From assembly GCA_963774955.1 (NCBI GenBank), contig CAVZGV010000004.1:383779-447778 (forward strand): a DNA stretch of 64,000 nucleotides, written 5' to 3'. Both the position numbers and the translations under genes were made by a program. Below are positions 47,267-57,122 of the stretch, piece after piece (position 1 is the first letter of the stretch; each line of letters opens with the position of its first letter). The DNA comes from Candidatus Falkowbacteria bacterium. Lineage in GTDB: Bacteria; Patescibacteriota; Patescibacteriia; CAIXNZ01. The notes below the pieces were generated by a model. That model did not search any database and had not been told where the DNA came from. It saw only the letters and a list, made by a program, of their open reading frames with translations.

Positions 47267-47917
47267 ATGACAATTATTTTATTTGGGCCGCAGGGAAGCG
47301 GTAAAGGCACACAGGCTGAATTGCTAAGTAAAAAATTTTCTCTGCCGACGCTTTCAGTTGGGCAGCTTTATCGTCAGCAAATTCGCCGGAGGACCAAGAT
47401 TGGTAAAAAGGCAGCAACTTATGTTTTGGCTGGCAAATTAGTGCCTAATAAATTAACTGATAATTTGTTGAAGCAGGAACTAAGAAAGAAAAAATACAAG
47501 AAGGGCGTTATTTTTGACGGTTTTCCCCGCAATTATGAACAGAATAAATTTTTGGAAAATATTTTAGGTGTTGATCTTATAATTTTAATTCACATTAGTC
47601 ATAAAGAAATTTTGAGGAGATTAAGCGGGCGGTATGTTTGTGACTGCGGACAAACTTATAATATTAATTCTGAAAAATCCGCAAGACCCAAACATAAGAT
47701 GCTTTGTGATAAATGCGGTCATAAATTGAGGCAAAGGTCCGATGATACCCCGAAAGCAATCAAGCAACGTTTAAAAATATACGAACATGATACGACCCCC
47801 TTATTTAAGTACTATAAAAATCAAAAGAAATTAATTACTATTTCTGGCGAACAAAATGTAAAGCAGGTTTTTCAGGCTATTTTGTTGGCATTAAAGCATA
47901 AAGGAATCAAACCATGA
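47267..47917 (+). CDS. adk: Adenylate kinase (zinc-binding LID)
   Basis: GPQGSGKGTQA P-loop; CDCG...CDKCG lid cysteines. Confidence 0.9.
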   Translation: MTIILFGPQGSGKGTQAELLSKKFSLPTLSVGQLYRQQIRRRTKIGKKAATYVLAGKLVPNKLTDNLLKQELRKKKYKKGVIFDGFPRNYEQNKFLENILGVDLIILIHISHKEILRRLSGRYVCDCGQTYNINSEKSARPKHKMLCDKCGHKLRQRSDDTPKAIKQRLKIYEHDTTPLFKYYKNQKKLITISGEQNVKQVFQAILLALKHKGIKP

Positions 47918-48690
47918 TTTATTATAAAACCCAAAAAGAAATAGACGCTTTGGCCATGGGCGGCAAGATATTGGCACAAATTCTGAAACAAGTAGCTCAA
48001 ACAGTCGGGCCTGGTGTCGGCACTAAAGAATTGGATGATTTGGCTGAGCGTTTGATTTTACAAAGCGGCGGGCATCCGTCTTTCAAGAATTATCGACCGT
48101 CAAGTTCTGACCGGCCTTTTCCGACTACGCTCTGCACTTCAATTAATGATGAAGTCGTACATGCGCCCGCCATACCCAATCGCATTTTAAAGGAAGGCGA
48201 TATTATTGGTTTGGATATTGGCATGCAATACAAGGGTTTTTATACGGACATGGCAGTAACGGTGAGTGTTGGGCAAATTAGTAAGCAAGCACAACGGCTT
48301 TTAAATGTTACTCAAGAAGCTTTAAATTTAGCAATTGAGCAAGTTAAAGAAGGTAATTATTTAAGCGACATTGCCGCCGCAATTCAGAATTACGCTGAAA
48401 AAAACGGATTTGGTGTGGTGCGGGAATTAGTCGGGCATGGCGTCGGCAAAAAAGTTCATGAAGAGCCGAATGTCCCTAATTTTGTTACCGAAGAAAGTAA
48501 GTTGATAAAAATTAAAAGAGGTATGGTTTTAGCCTTAGAACCCATGATTAACATTGGTGGTTGGCAAATTAAAGTAGCTGATGATGATTTAACTTTTAAA
48601 ACAGCTGATGGCTCTTTATCTGCGCAGTTTGAACACACGGTGGCAGTTGATCATAATGGGGAAGCCAGAGTCATAACTGCGTTTGAATAA
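47914..48690 (+). CDS. map: Methionine aminopeptidase type I
   Basis: M24A motifs D..D, H, E, E. Overlaps the adk stop by 4 nt. Confidence 0.9.
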   Translation: MIYYKTQKEIDALAMGGKILAQILKQVAQTVGPGVGTKELDDLAERLILQSGGHPSFKNYRPSSSDRPFPTTLCTSINDEVVHAPAIPNRILKEGDIIGLDIGMQYKGFYTDMAVTVSVGQISKQAQRLLNVTQEALNLAIEQVKEGNYLSDIAAAIQNYAEKNGFGVVRELVGHGVGKKVHEEPNVPNFVTEESKLIKIKRGMVLALEPMINIGGWQIKVADDDLTFKTADGSLSAQFEHTVAVDHNGEARVITAFE

Positions 48691-48808
48691 TAAACTAAGA
48701 ATTAAAAACTAAGATGTAAAAACTAGAACTTGAAATTTGTAACTTTAAGTTTATAGTTTTAAGTTCCAGTTATTAGTTATGAGTTGTTAGTTTTTGAGTT
48801 ATTAGCGT

Positions 48809-49534
48809 ATGTGTTATCATTTGTCAGTTAATCGTAAACAAAAAGATTTGGAAGCAAGGTTTGGGGCAAAGTTTTCCAAACCTGATTTATTTCAGCCTAT
48901 ATTTTATGCTAATGGCTTTGAAGCGCCGCGAATTCCGGTGATAACCAATAATGAACCTGATAAAATTAAAATGTTGACTTGGGGATTGATTCCAGCTTGG
49001 ATTGCTAACGAGGAAAAAGCTAAATCAATCAGGTTTAAGACTTTAAATTCACGTGCTGATACTTTGTTAACTAAAGCTTCTTTCCGTGAACCAGCCAGGA
49101 AACAGCGATGTCTGATTTTGGCGGACGGTTTTTTTGACTGGAGGGAATATAAAGGTAAAAAATATCCTTATTACATCTATTTAAAGTCAAAGGAACCGTT
49201 TGCTTTTTCCGGCATCTGGGATCAGTGGCAAAATCCAGATACGAAAAAGATAATTAAGACTGTTTCTATTATTACTACTGCTGCCAATGAATTAGTGGCT
49301 AAAATTCATAATATCAAGCAGCGTATGCCGGTAATTTTAGGAAAAGCTGAAGAAAGACGGTGGCTGGGTAGTTTGGATGATGAGGAAATTGAAAGCATGC
49401 TCTATCCTTATCCGGCCCAGGAAATGGCTGCGTATACGATATCCAAATTAATTACTGCTCAGGGGGCTGAGCTCAATGTGCCGGAAGTGATGGCAGCGTT
49501 TGAATATAATAATTTAGAATCAATTAAAGTTTAA
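48809..49534 (+). CDS. SOS response-associated peptidase (SRAP/YedK family; abasic-site DNA-protein crosslink)
   Basis: N-terminal MC (Cys2), RCLILADGFFDWRE, PFAFSGIWDQW, SIITTAANE, QRMPVIL. Confidence 0.7.
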   Translation: MCYHLSVNRKQKDLEARFGAKFSKPDLFQPIFYANGFEAPRIPVITNNEPDKIKMLTWGLIPAWIANEEKAKSIRFKTLNSRADTLLTKASFREPARKQRCLILADGFFDWREYKGKKYPYYIYLKSKEPFAFSGIWDQWQNPDTKKIIKTVSIITTAANELVAKIHNIKQRMPVILGKAEERRWLGSLDDEEIESMLYPYPAQEMAAYTISKLITAQGAELNVPEVMAAFEYNNLESIKV

Positions 49535-49539
49535 ATAAT

Positions 49540-49935
49540 ATGGAAAAATTTTTGGCCATAGACTATGGTGAGAAAAAAATCGGCTTAGCCATCGGGGATA
49601 CAGAGACAAAAATTGCCTCACCTTTTAAGATACTTGAAAATACTGGCGATCTATTTGATAAGCTTCAAGCTATTTGTGAGCTTGAGAAGATAGATAAGAT
49701 TGTGATGGGCGTGCCTACAGGTTTAAAGGGGGTGAAGTCACAGCAATATGGAGAAGCTATTGCTTTTGGCGATAAATTGATCCAAGCTCTTGGTCTTGAA
49801 GTTATTCAGCAGGATGAAAATTTATCCAGTAGTTATGCTCAGAAGCTGTTACAGGGGACTAAGGCGAAAGGCAAGGACGATGCAGTGGCAGCCATGATTA
49901 TACTCCAAAGCTACTTGGATGGAATTAATAATTAG
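49540..49935 (+). CDS. ruvX: Holliday-junction resolvase-like / pre-16S rRNA nuclease RuvX (YqgF)
   Basis: LAIDYGEKKIGLAIGD; 131 aa. Confidence 0.8.
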   Translation: MEKFLAIDYGEKKIGLAIGDTETKIASPFKILENTGDLFDKLQAICELEKIDKIVMGVPTGLKGVKSQQYGEAIAFGDKLIQALGLEVIQQDENLSSSYAQKLLQGTKAKGKDDAVAAMIILQSYLDGINN

Positions 49936-49985
49936 CTTTGAGTTTTGAGCTCTTAGCCCATAGCCATAAAGCTCAGCGCATTAAT

Positions 49986-50768
49986 ATGTCCAGAACCTAT
50001 ACGACAACAGGAATAATATTAAAACGCCGAGACTATCAAGAAAATGATCGTCTCTTTTGTCTGTACACCAAGGATTTTGGTAAGATTGACGTGGTTGCCA
50101 GAGGAACAAAAAAAATCTCCAGTAAGCTCAAAGGTTATTTGGAACCTTTTTATTTGGTTAAACTAATGATTGCCAAGGGTAAAGTAATTGATAAACTGGC
50201 AAACTGTAATACCATTAGAACTTATGCTAATTTACATACAGAGCAGACACTTTTGGGGTTTGCTTTAATTAATTATTTGGCTGAAGGCACAGATGCTTTG
50301 ATTTCCGGACATGTTGCGCAGAGCGATAAATTCAATTTGCTTGTAGAAACTTTGGATTTATTAGAACGGGAAATTGCCAATGATTTGTCAGAGAAAAAGG
50401 AGCGCTTGCTATTTATGGTGAATATTTATTTTTTGAAACTCCTGGGGCTTTTAGGTTATCAGCCGGAAATTCAGCGTTGTGTTTTATGTCATAAAGGGAT
50501 TCTATTGACCAAAAACATTTTTGATTTTGTTAAAGGCGGTTTGGTTTGCGAAGAGTGCAAGAAAATTTGTTTGATTGAGGATTATCTGCGGGTCTCCGAC
50601 GGTGTCATTAAGCTTTTGCAATTAGTCAAAGAAAAATCTCTGGAATATTTTGTAAATTTACCGGTTGAGCTTAGTGAGCATAAAGAATTTAGTAAAGTTA
50701 CAGAAAAATTAGTAACCGTAAATATAGAAAAACCACTTAAATCCCTGGATTTTTTCGTGAGTATTTAA
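49986..50768 (+). CDS. recO: DNA repair protein RecO
   Basis: N-terminal OB-fold sequence GIILKRRDYQENDRL; C-terminal zinc finger C..C...CEEC. Confidence 0.75.
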   Translation: MSRTYTTTGIILKRRDYQENDRLFCLYTKDFGKIDVVARGTKKISSKLKGYLEPFYLVKLMIAKGKVIDKLANCNTIRTYANLHTEQTLLGFALINYLAEGTDALISGHVAQSDKFNLLVETLDLLEREIANDLSEKKERLLFMVNIYFLKLLGLLGYQPEIQRCVLCHKGILLTKNIFDFVKGGLVCEECKKICLIEDYLRVSDGVIKLLQLVKEKSLEYFVNLPVELSEHKEFSKVTEKLVTVNIEKPLKSLDFFVSI

Positions 50769-50883
50769 AGCTAAATTTCGCTATAATTTTAGCAAAAATT
50801 TCGTCTTGACAGGGCGGTTTTTTTTTGTTAAGGTTGGTTCAGTAATTTTGGTCTTTACAAAAATAACCAGAGGAGGGGATGAC

Positions 50884-51873
50884 ATGAAAAAATGGTGGGG
50901 TGATCATGATGGGATTGATTTCCCACATGTGGTTTTGTCTCAGCAATTTGATCGGCAACATCTGGAGCAGTTGTTCAAGCTTACTGCGATTCTTAAAGAA
51001 CAGGTGCCCAAAGGAACGATAAAAGATTGGCTGCAAGGTACAATTTTAGCCGCTATTTTTTACGAAGCATCAACCAGAACTCGTTTAAGTTTCGAAACCG
51101 CGGCTTTAAGGCTGGGTGCTCAGGTGGTATCCAGTGAAAACGCCAAGGAGTTTTCTTCGGCCATCAAGGGTGAGACGCTTGAGGACACCGCAAGGATTAT
51201 GTCTTCATACGCCGATGTCATGGTTTTGCGTCATTCTGATGATGATGCGGCAATCCGGATAGCCAAAGTCCCGGGTTGTATCCCTATTCTCAACGGTGGT
51301 TCTGGCATGGGACAGCATCCGACGCAATCATTGCTGGATGTTTTTACCATTTACGAGCATTTCGGTTACGTTGATGGTTTGAAAGTCGCTATTGTAGGAG
51401 ATTTATTGCACGGACGCACCGTCCGTTCTCTGGCCTATCTGCTTTCAAAGTTCAATGACGTGGAAATCTTTTTTATCGCACCGCCTATTTGTCAAATCAG
51501 TTTTGATATCAAAGAGCATCTTGATGAAAAGGGAATTAAGTGGCACGAGACAGAAGATTTCCGACAGGTAGCCAGAGAAGTGGATGTGATTTACATGACT
51601 CGTTATCAGCTGGAGCGGACATCTTCACCTGAAGAAAAAGATCAGCTCATGGAGGCGAGTCACAGTCACCGCATGAATACAGAAGTTGCAAACTCCATGA
51701 AGTCTAAGGCGATTATTCTGCATCCTTTGCCTCGAATCGAGGAAATCCGCTGGAACGTAGATAATAATCCGCGGGCCAAATATTTCCTCCAGGCCGCAAA
51801 TGGCGTTCACGTGCGTATGGCTTTGCTTTTGGCCATATTTAATTCTAACATGGCCGAGAAGCTTTTGGTTTAG
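50884..51873 (+). CDS. pyrB: Aspartate carbamoyltransferase catalytic subunit
   Basis: STRTRLSFE, HPTQ and HPLP motifs. SD gaggagggg upstream. The ATG at 50884 is preferred over the SD-less extension to 50806. Confidence 0.9.
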   Translation: MKKWWGDHDGIDFPHVVLSQQFDRQHLEQLFKLTAILKEQVPKGTIKDWLQGTILAAIFYEASTRTRLSFETAALRLGAQVVSSENAKEFSSAIKGETLEDTARIMSSYADVMVLRHSDDDAAIRIAKVPGCIPILNGGSGMGQHPTQSLLDVFTIYEHFGYVDGLKVAIVGDLLHGRTVRSLAYLLSKFNDVEIFFIAPPICQISFDIKEHLDEKGIKWHETEDFRQVAREVDVIYMTRYQLERTSSPEEKDQLMEASHSHRMNTEVANSMKSKAIILHPLPRIEEIRWNVDNNPRAKYFLQAANGVHVRMALLLAIFNSNMAEKLLV

Positions 51874-51929
51874 AAATCAAGGAGGGCCCGCGCCCTCCTT
51901 AACTTTTGTAAAAAAACAAGGAGGCACTG

Positions 51930-52055
51930 ATGGCACCATCTTGTAATCAAGAGGACAGGAAGAAATCAAAAAAGAAAAGAAAGAAAAATGACGAGCGCGG
52001 TAAACGCAGGCGCAAAGGCTGGAAAGCCAAGTGCGCCGGCAGGCGGGGGAGGTGA
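51930..52055 (+). CDS. Small highly basic ORF (41 aa, MAPSCNQEDRKKSKKKRKKNDERGKRRRKGWKAKCAGRRGR) between pyrB and pyrC
   Basis: SD acaaggaggcactgATG. Its stop overlaps the pyrC SD. Could be a leader/coupling peptide or a genuine small basic protein. Confidence 0.25.
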   Translation: MAPSCNQEDRKKSKKKRKKNDERGKRRRKGWKAKCAGRRGR

Positions 52056-52058
52056 GAC

Positions 52059-53312
52059 ATGGCCAGCATATTGTTGAATGGTGGAAGTGTGGTTGATCCA
52101 CAAAATAGCACCATACGTAAAAGAGACATCTGGATTGAAAACGGCAAAGTCACCAAGATAGACATTAGCAGATCAATTAGTCCGATTGGAGACAATTGGG
52201 AGGTTATTAATTGCAACGGTCTTCTGGTTGTTCCGGGTCTGATTGATATGCATGTGCATTTTCGTACACCTGGCCAGGAACATAAGGAAACTTTGACCAC
52301 CGGCAGTATGGCTGCTTTAGCCGGAGGTTTTACCACAGTTGTTGGCATGGCCAATACTTCACCGGCCATTGATAATCCCGAAGCTTTACATCAGCTTCTG
52401 ATCATGGCGGAAAGGGAATCACTGGTGAATTATTTTCAGGTGGCAGCAGCAACGGCTGGCAGAAAAGGACAGGAACTTTCGGATCTGACTGCCTTAGTAG
52501 CTGCAGGTGCCATTGCTTTTTCTGATGATGGTGACGGCATTCAGGATCCGGAGATTTTACTGAAGGCAATTTTCCAAGCCCGGAGTCATTTTAAACCCAT
52601 TCTGCTTCACTGTCAGGATAAACGCTTTGATCCTTATGACAAAAGAGCAGAGATCGAGGACGTCTCATTGGCCTTGAGAATTGCTGAAGTTTTCAAGCGG
52701 CCGATCCATATACAGCACGTTTCGCTGACTGAATCGGTTCAGCTGATCCGTGAAGCTAAGGTCAGAGGAGTCCAAGTTACCTGTGAAACAGCACCGCATT
52801 ATTTGGCCTTGACCCAGGCGGATTTCAAACGCATTGGACCAAACGCCAAGATGAATCCGCCGCTTCGAGGTGAAGCTGACCGACTGGCAGTGATACAGGG
52901 ATTGGTTGACGGGACGATTGACGTGATTGCCACTGATCACGCCCCTCACTCTGATGAAGAAAAACAGAGTGATAAGCCGCCCTTTGGGATTATTGGCCTT
53001 GAAACGGCTGTGCCAGTTGTTTTTTCTCATCTGGGTAAGTGGTTAACAGTTCCGCAAATTATTGCCAAGCTGACCATCAATCCTGCCAGAATTTTGAAAC
53101 TGGAGAATCAAGGCATAATTAAGGAAAGCTGGCAGGGTGCTTCAGCTGACATTACAGTCATTGACCCCAAAATGCGTAAGGTGCTTAAAGCCGAAGATTT
53201 AAAGTCCAGGTCACATAATAGTCCCTGGCTCGGCAAGCGCATGCAGACCTGGCCGGTGATGACCATTCATAATGGCAAAATAATGATGAGATTTGGAGAA
53301 ATCATCATTTGA
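52059..53312 (+). CDS. pyrC: Dihydroorotase
   Basis: VPGLIDMHVHFRTPG, DHAPH. Uses a TGA stop. Confidence 0.9.
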   Translation: MASILLNGGSVVDPQNSTIRKRDIWIENGKVTKIDISRSISPIGDNWEVINCNGLLVVPGLIDMHVHFRTPGQEHKETLTTGSMAALAGGFTTVVGMANTSPAIDNPEALHQLLIMAERESLVNYFQVAAATAGRKGQELSDLTALVAAGAIAFSDDGDGIQDPEILLKAIFQARSHFKPILLHCQDKRFDPYDKRAEIEDVSLALRIAEVFKRPIHIQHVSLTESVQLIREAKVRGVQVTCETAPHYLALTQADFKRIGPNAKMNPPLRGEADRLAVIQGLVDGTIDVIATDHAPHSDEEKQSDKPPFGIIGLETAVPVVFSHLGKWLTVPQIIAKLTINPARILKLENQGIIKESWQGASADITVIDPKMRKVLKAEDLKSRSHNSPWLGKRMQTWPVMTIHNGKIMMRFGEIII

Positions 53313-53593
53313 TCTCATTTAAGGACGTTCGTAAGGGCGTCCTTTTATAATTAATGACTAATAACCAATAATCAATAACCAAATAAATTTTAATTTAAAA
53401 TAATTAAACAATTTTAGTATTTGGTATTTATTATTTGTTATTGTTTGGTCATTGGAATTTGGTTATTGGTTATTCAAAATGAAGTGATTTTCTAAGATGG
53501 CAATACCTTGACTTAAGGTATTCATTTTGCTAAGGTTTGGTTACAAAAAGTTATTTGAAAAGTCAAGAAAAAATAGGATAAAAGGAGGCTTTC

Positions 53594-54400
53594 ATGGATC
53601 CAAAAATTCAGGTCTGTCAGGCAGAGGTGCTTTCCAATGAGCGAAAGGCCAAAAATATCTGGGAACTAAAATTAGATCCTAGGCTTGATTTGCATGAAGA
53701 TGATATTTTTATGCCCGGCCAGTTTGTTTGTCTGGAGCCTTTAGATCCAGCATCAACCATGGCCAGGCCATTCAGTATTTCTTACGTCAGCATGAGCAGC
53801 GGTACTTTTAAGCTGCTTTATAAGGTCGTAGGCAAAAATACGGAATTAATGACCGGCTTAAATCCAGGTCAACAAATCAAATTCTGGGGGCCTTTGGGCC
53901 AGGAATTTTTGCCTGATTCTCTGGAGTACGGTGAAGTTTGGCTGGTCGGTGGTGGCATTGGTATTGCCCCGTTGATCTACTACGAAAAAGCGATTACAGA
54001 ATTACAGGGCGGTACGGCCCGGGTTTTTTATGGCAGCAAAACCAAGGAAGAAGTAATTCCTCTGGATTTGTACACTCGCGAGCCTTTAGTAATTGCCACT
54101 GATGACGGCTCGGCCGGCTTTCCGGGTTTTGTTCCTGACTTGATTAATGGATTTTTAAAAGGAACAATCAGAGAAAAAGTTCTGGTCATTACCTGCGGGC
54201 CAAACATCATGATGAAAAGGGTGGCGGAAATTTGTGCTGAGCGCCAAATTGAATGCCATGTCATTTTGGAAACCATTATGGCCTGCGGTTTGAACAACTG
54301 CAAGGGCTGCACCATCAAAACTACGTCCGGCATGAAAAGTATCTGTCATGACGGTCCTGTCTTTCCGGCTCAGGAGGTAATTTGGAATGAAGTCATTTGA
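53594..54400 (+). CDS. pyrK: Dihydroorotate dehydrogenase electron-transfer subunit (FAD/NAD-binding, 2Fe-2S)
   Basis: Ferredoxin-reductase-like fold; C-terminal C..C..C....C cluster (CGLNNCKGC...C). Confidence 0.8.
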   Translation: MDPKIQVCQAEVLSNERKAKNIWELKLDPRLDLHEDDIFMPGQFVCLEPLDPASTMARPFSISYVSMSSGTFKLLYKVVGKNTELMTGLNPGQQIKFWGPLGQEFLPDSLEYGEVWLVGGGIGIAPLIYYEKAITELQGGTARVFYGSKTKEEVIPLDLYTREPLVIATDDGSAGFPGFVPDLINGFLKGTIREKVLVITCGPNIMMKRVAEICAERQIECHVILETIMACGLNNCKGCTIKTTSGMKSICHDGPVFPAQEVIWNEVI

Positions 54401-55295
54401 TTTGAGCGTTCAAATTGGCAGCCTGAAACTGAAAAATCCAATCATGAATGCTTCAGGCTGTTTTGATCCTGAACAAATGTGCAGGCTCAATGGTATGGAT
54501 TTAAGTCGCTTCGGGGCTTTGGTTTCTAAGGGTACAACTTTAGAACCCCGGTCGGGTAATCCTCAACCGCGTATCATGGAAACAGCTAGCGGTATGATCA
54601 ACTTCATTGGCCTGGAAAATCCTGGCGTTGACGTTTTGATCGATCTCAAATTGCCGTTTATGGCGCAGTTTGGGGTGCCGATCATAGTCAATCTTTCAGG
54701 GTTTAACATTCAGGATTATGCAGTAATGGCCGAAAGGCTCAATGATATTCCTTATGTTTCAGCCCTGGAAATCAATATCTCCTGTCCCAATGTTAAGGGC
54801 GGGGGCATTGTTTTTGGCAGTGATCCTGTGGTGGCTTCGGATGTGGTCAGGCAAGTCAGAAAGCTGACCAAGCTGCCATTGATTGTAAAGCTGACACCCA
54901 ATGTCACCAATATCGAGGACATTGCCCAGGCAGTGGTTGAAGTCGGAGCTGACGCAATTTCCCTGATCAATACTCTGCGAGGTCTGTTCATTTACAAGGG
55001 TAAACTTGTTCAGGGTGGACTTTCTGGACCAGCCATCAAACCTAATGCCTTATGGCTGATTAATAAGGTTGCCCAGACTGTCAATGTGCCGATCATCGGC
55101 ATGGGCGGCATCAGCACGTTGAACGACATCTTCGAATTTTTCCAGGTCGGTGCTTCAGCTGTGGCCATCGGCACAGCCAATTTCAAAAATCCGCTCATCA
55201 TGATGGAACTGATTGACGGGTTAGAAAAACATTGTCTGGAAAACGGTCTGGCCAACATTGACCAGGTTAAAGAAAAGATAAAAGGAGGAAAGTGA
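54387..55295 (+). CDS. pyrD: Dihydroorotate dehydrogenase catalytic subunit (class 1B)
   Basis: NASGCFDP, GGISTLNDIFEFFQVGASAVAIGTA. Confidence 0.9.
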   Translation: MKSFDLSVQIGSLKLKNPIMNASGCFDPEQMCRLNGMDLSRFGALVSKGTTLEPRSGNPQPRIMETASGMINFIGLENPGVDVLIDLKLPFMAQFGVPIIVNLSGFNIQDYAVMAERLNDIPYVSALEINISCPNVKGGGIVFGSDPVVASDVVRQVRKLTKLPLIVKLTPNVTNIEDIAQAVVEVGADAISLINTLRGLFIYKGKLVQGGLSGPAIKPNALWLINKVAQTVNVPIIGMGGISTLNDIFEFFQVGASAVAIGTANFKNPLIMMELIDGLEKHCLENGLANIDQVKEKIKGGK

Positions 55296-56077
55296 TGGAG
55301 AGACCGAAAGGGGAAAAACGGATTATTGTGGCACTGGATGTGCCGGATCTTGACCGGGCAGGTGACTTAGTCAAACAATTGGCTTCGCATGTGGGTATGT
55401 TCAAGGTCGGCTTGTACCTGATTACATCAGTCGGCTTGCCCCAAATCGTGGACTGGTTCCGAAAGCAGGTCGGTTCGGCGGACCAACTCTTTGCCGACCT
55501 TAAACTGCATGACATCCCCAATACCATTGGCACGGCAGCCAGGGCAGCTTCCGAGCTCAGCGTGGGCATGGTGAATGTTCATGCCAGCAGTGGCTTGAAC
55601 GGTATGATAGCCGCAGTCGAGAATTCCAAATCCGGTCCTGATACTGGCGGACCAGAGCAGTATCGTGACACTTTGGTTTTAGCGGTGACAGTCTTGACTT
55701 CGCACGAAGAAAACGAAGGGCATCTGATTTTTGGAAGTCCGACCAAAGCCAAGGTGCTGGAATTCGCTCTCTGGGCCAAGCTGGCTGGGTGTGACGGCTT
55801 AATCTGTTCGCCTCAAGAGCTGGCGCTTTTGCGGCAGCAGAGTGTTCTCAAGGACATGTTGATGGTTACTCCTGGTGTGCGTCCTGAATGGGCAGCAGCC
55901 GGTGACCAGAAGCGAATCATGACCCCAGGAGAAGCAGTAAAGGCAGGAGCTGATTATTTAGTCATCGGTCGGCCCATCACCAGGCCGCCGGAAAGCATTG
56001 GCGATCCGGTGAAAGCCGCCCAACTGATAGTCGAAGAAATTACGGCGGCTGAAGCAGAAATGGACAAGAAAAAGTAG
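55292..56077 (+). CDS. pyrF: Orotidine 5'-phosphate decarboxylase (long type)
   Basis: IIVALDVPD, DLKLHDIPNT. Confidence 0.85.
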   Translation: MMERPKGEKRIIVALDVPDLDRAGDLVKQLASHVGMFKVGLYLITSVGLPQIVDWFRKQVGSADQLFADLKLHDIPNTIGTAARAASELSVGMVNVHASSGLNGMIAAVENSKSGPDTGGPEQYRDTLVLAVTVLTSHEENEGHLIFGSPTKAKVLEFALWAKLAGCDGLICSPQELALLRQQSVLKDMLMVTPGVRPEWAAAGDQKRIMTPGEAVKAGADYLVIGRPITRPPESIGDPVKAAQLIVEEITAAEAEMDKKK

Positions 56078-56227
56078 TTTAATAAGGAGGAATTTTTATT
56101 AAAGGGATTCTCGCAAGAGGGTCCCTTTTTTCTTTTAGCTATTTGCCAAAATTTAATAGATTTGATAAGGTTGAAAAAATCAGGGGTTTGTTCAATATCA
56201 AAAGATAAAAAAGAAGGAGGAATTGGT

Positions 56228-56995
56228 ATGCAAGAATCCAGAGTTGTGGAAACGGTCAATAATGGAGGCGTCTTTACCTTGACTCCGGCGGATTTTGCCG
56301 GGCGTCGTATGACCACCAGCGAGGCAGTGGCAATTTTTGGATCTTTCGGCGCGTTTTGGGAATATCCGGGTGAGCCGCGAGCTGACAGACCACATGCTCT
56401 TTTGAAATCAGGTCTGCATAGTAATGGCTTTATCAATTGTCGGGCGGTACTGGATTTTCCCAGATTGTGTATGCTTTTTGCCGAGGAGATGCTCAAAACT
56501 GTCGAGGAATCGATTGTTATCACTGATCTTCTGCCGTTGGGCTTTGTTGCCTCCTCAGCCTATTCAGCTTTGGATTTGGGGTTTTGTTTGACCTGGCTTT
56601 TAAGTCAAAAGTACAATACCCAAATCAAACGGGTCATGGCGGAAAAAGATGCGTCCGGTAATCCTACGGTTATCCGCGGCGGCATTGATTCCACTCTGAG
56701 CGGCTTGGTCATTAATGAGTTGATGACCACAGCGGCAGGGTCGACTTGGGAAACGAAGGAAGCGGTCTTGAAGAGTAATGGTGATAAGCCAGCACCGTTA
56801 GTACTGTCTTCTTCTTTCGTGCTGATGCACCGGTCACGCGATTTGAAGCTTCCGGACGATTCACCTGTTGTGCCTGTTTTTCATTTCAATATCGATAATT
56901 TTGCCAAGGACAATTGTCCTTATTGTCAGGCCGGCTCCGAAGCCATTAAGCCCAAAGTGGGGGATAACTGGCAAAGGCTACACGGCCTAATCTAG
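56228..56995 (+). CDS. Phosphoribosyltransferase-family protein, putative orotate phosphoribosyltransferase (pyrE-like, atypical long form)
   Basis: PRPP-binding-like motif GLVINELMTTAAGST. Last gene of the pyr cluster, after pyrF. SD aagaaggaggaattggtATG. Confidence 0.45.
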   Translation: MQESRVVETVNNGGVFTLTPADFAGRRMTTSEAVAIFGSFGAFWEYPGEPRADRPHALLKSGLHSNGFINCRAVLDFPRLCMLFAEEMLKTVEESIVITDLLPLGFVASSAYSALDLGFCLTWLLSQKYNTQIKRVMAEKDASGNPTVIRGGIDSTLSGLVINELMTTAAGSTWETKEAVLKSNGDKPAPLVLSSSFVLMHRSRDLKLPDDSPVVPVFHFNIDNFAKDNCPYCQAGSEAIKPKVGDNWQRLHGLI

Positions 56996-57002
56996 TTCGA
57001 AC

Positions 57003-57037
57003 AAAACCGCTTGTCGCGAGACAAGCGGTTTTTCATT
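57003..57037 (+). terminator. Rho-independent terminator ending the pyr operon
   Basis: aaaaccgcttgtc-gcga-gacaagcggttttt. Confidence 0.6.
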
Positions 57038-57122
57038 TGACATTGAAAGTTAAATTTGGTAATTTAAGGCTAAACAGCGTCGCTGTCGGTTACTATTCTC
57101 AGGCTCCTTTAAGGAGGGAACG

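Noticed and set aside
50806-50883. Longer pyrB start at 50806 (ORF-track start)
   Set aside because: The extension (MTGRFFFVKVGS...) has no SD and no ATCase homology. A strong SD sits directly before the ATG at 50884, which begins the conserved sequence.
50769-50884. PyrR-type attenuator upstream of pyrB (ACCAGAGGAGG resembles the PyrR binding loop UCCAGAGAGG)
   Set aside because: The similarity is only partial and overlaps the SD. No pyrR gene is present in the window. There is no convincing antiterminator/terminator pair.
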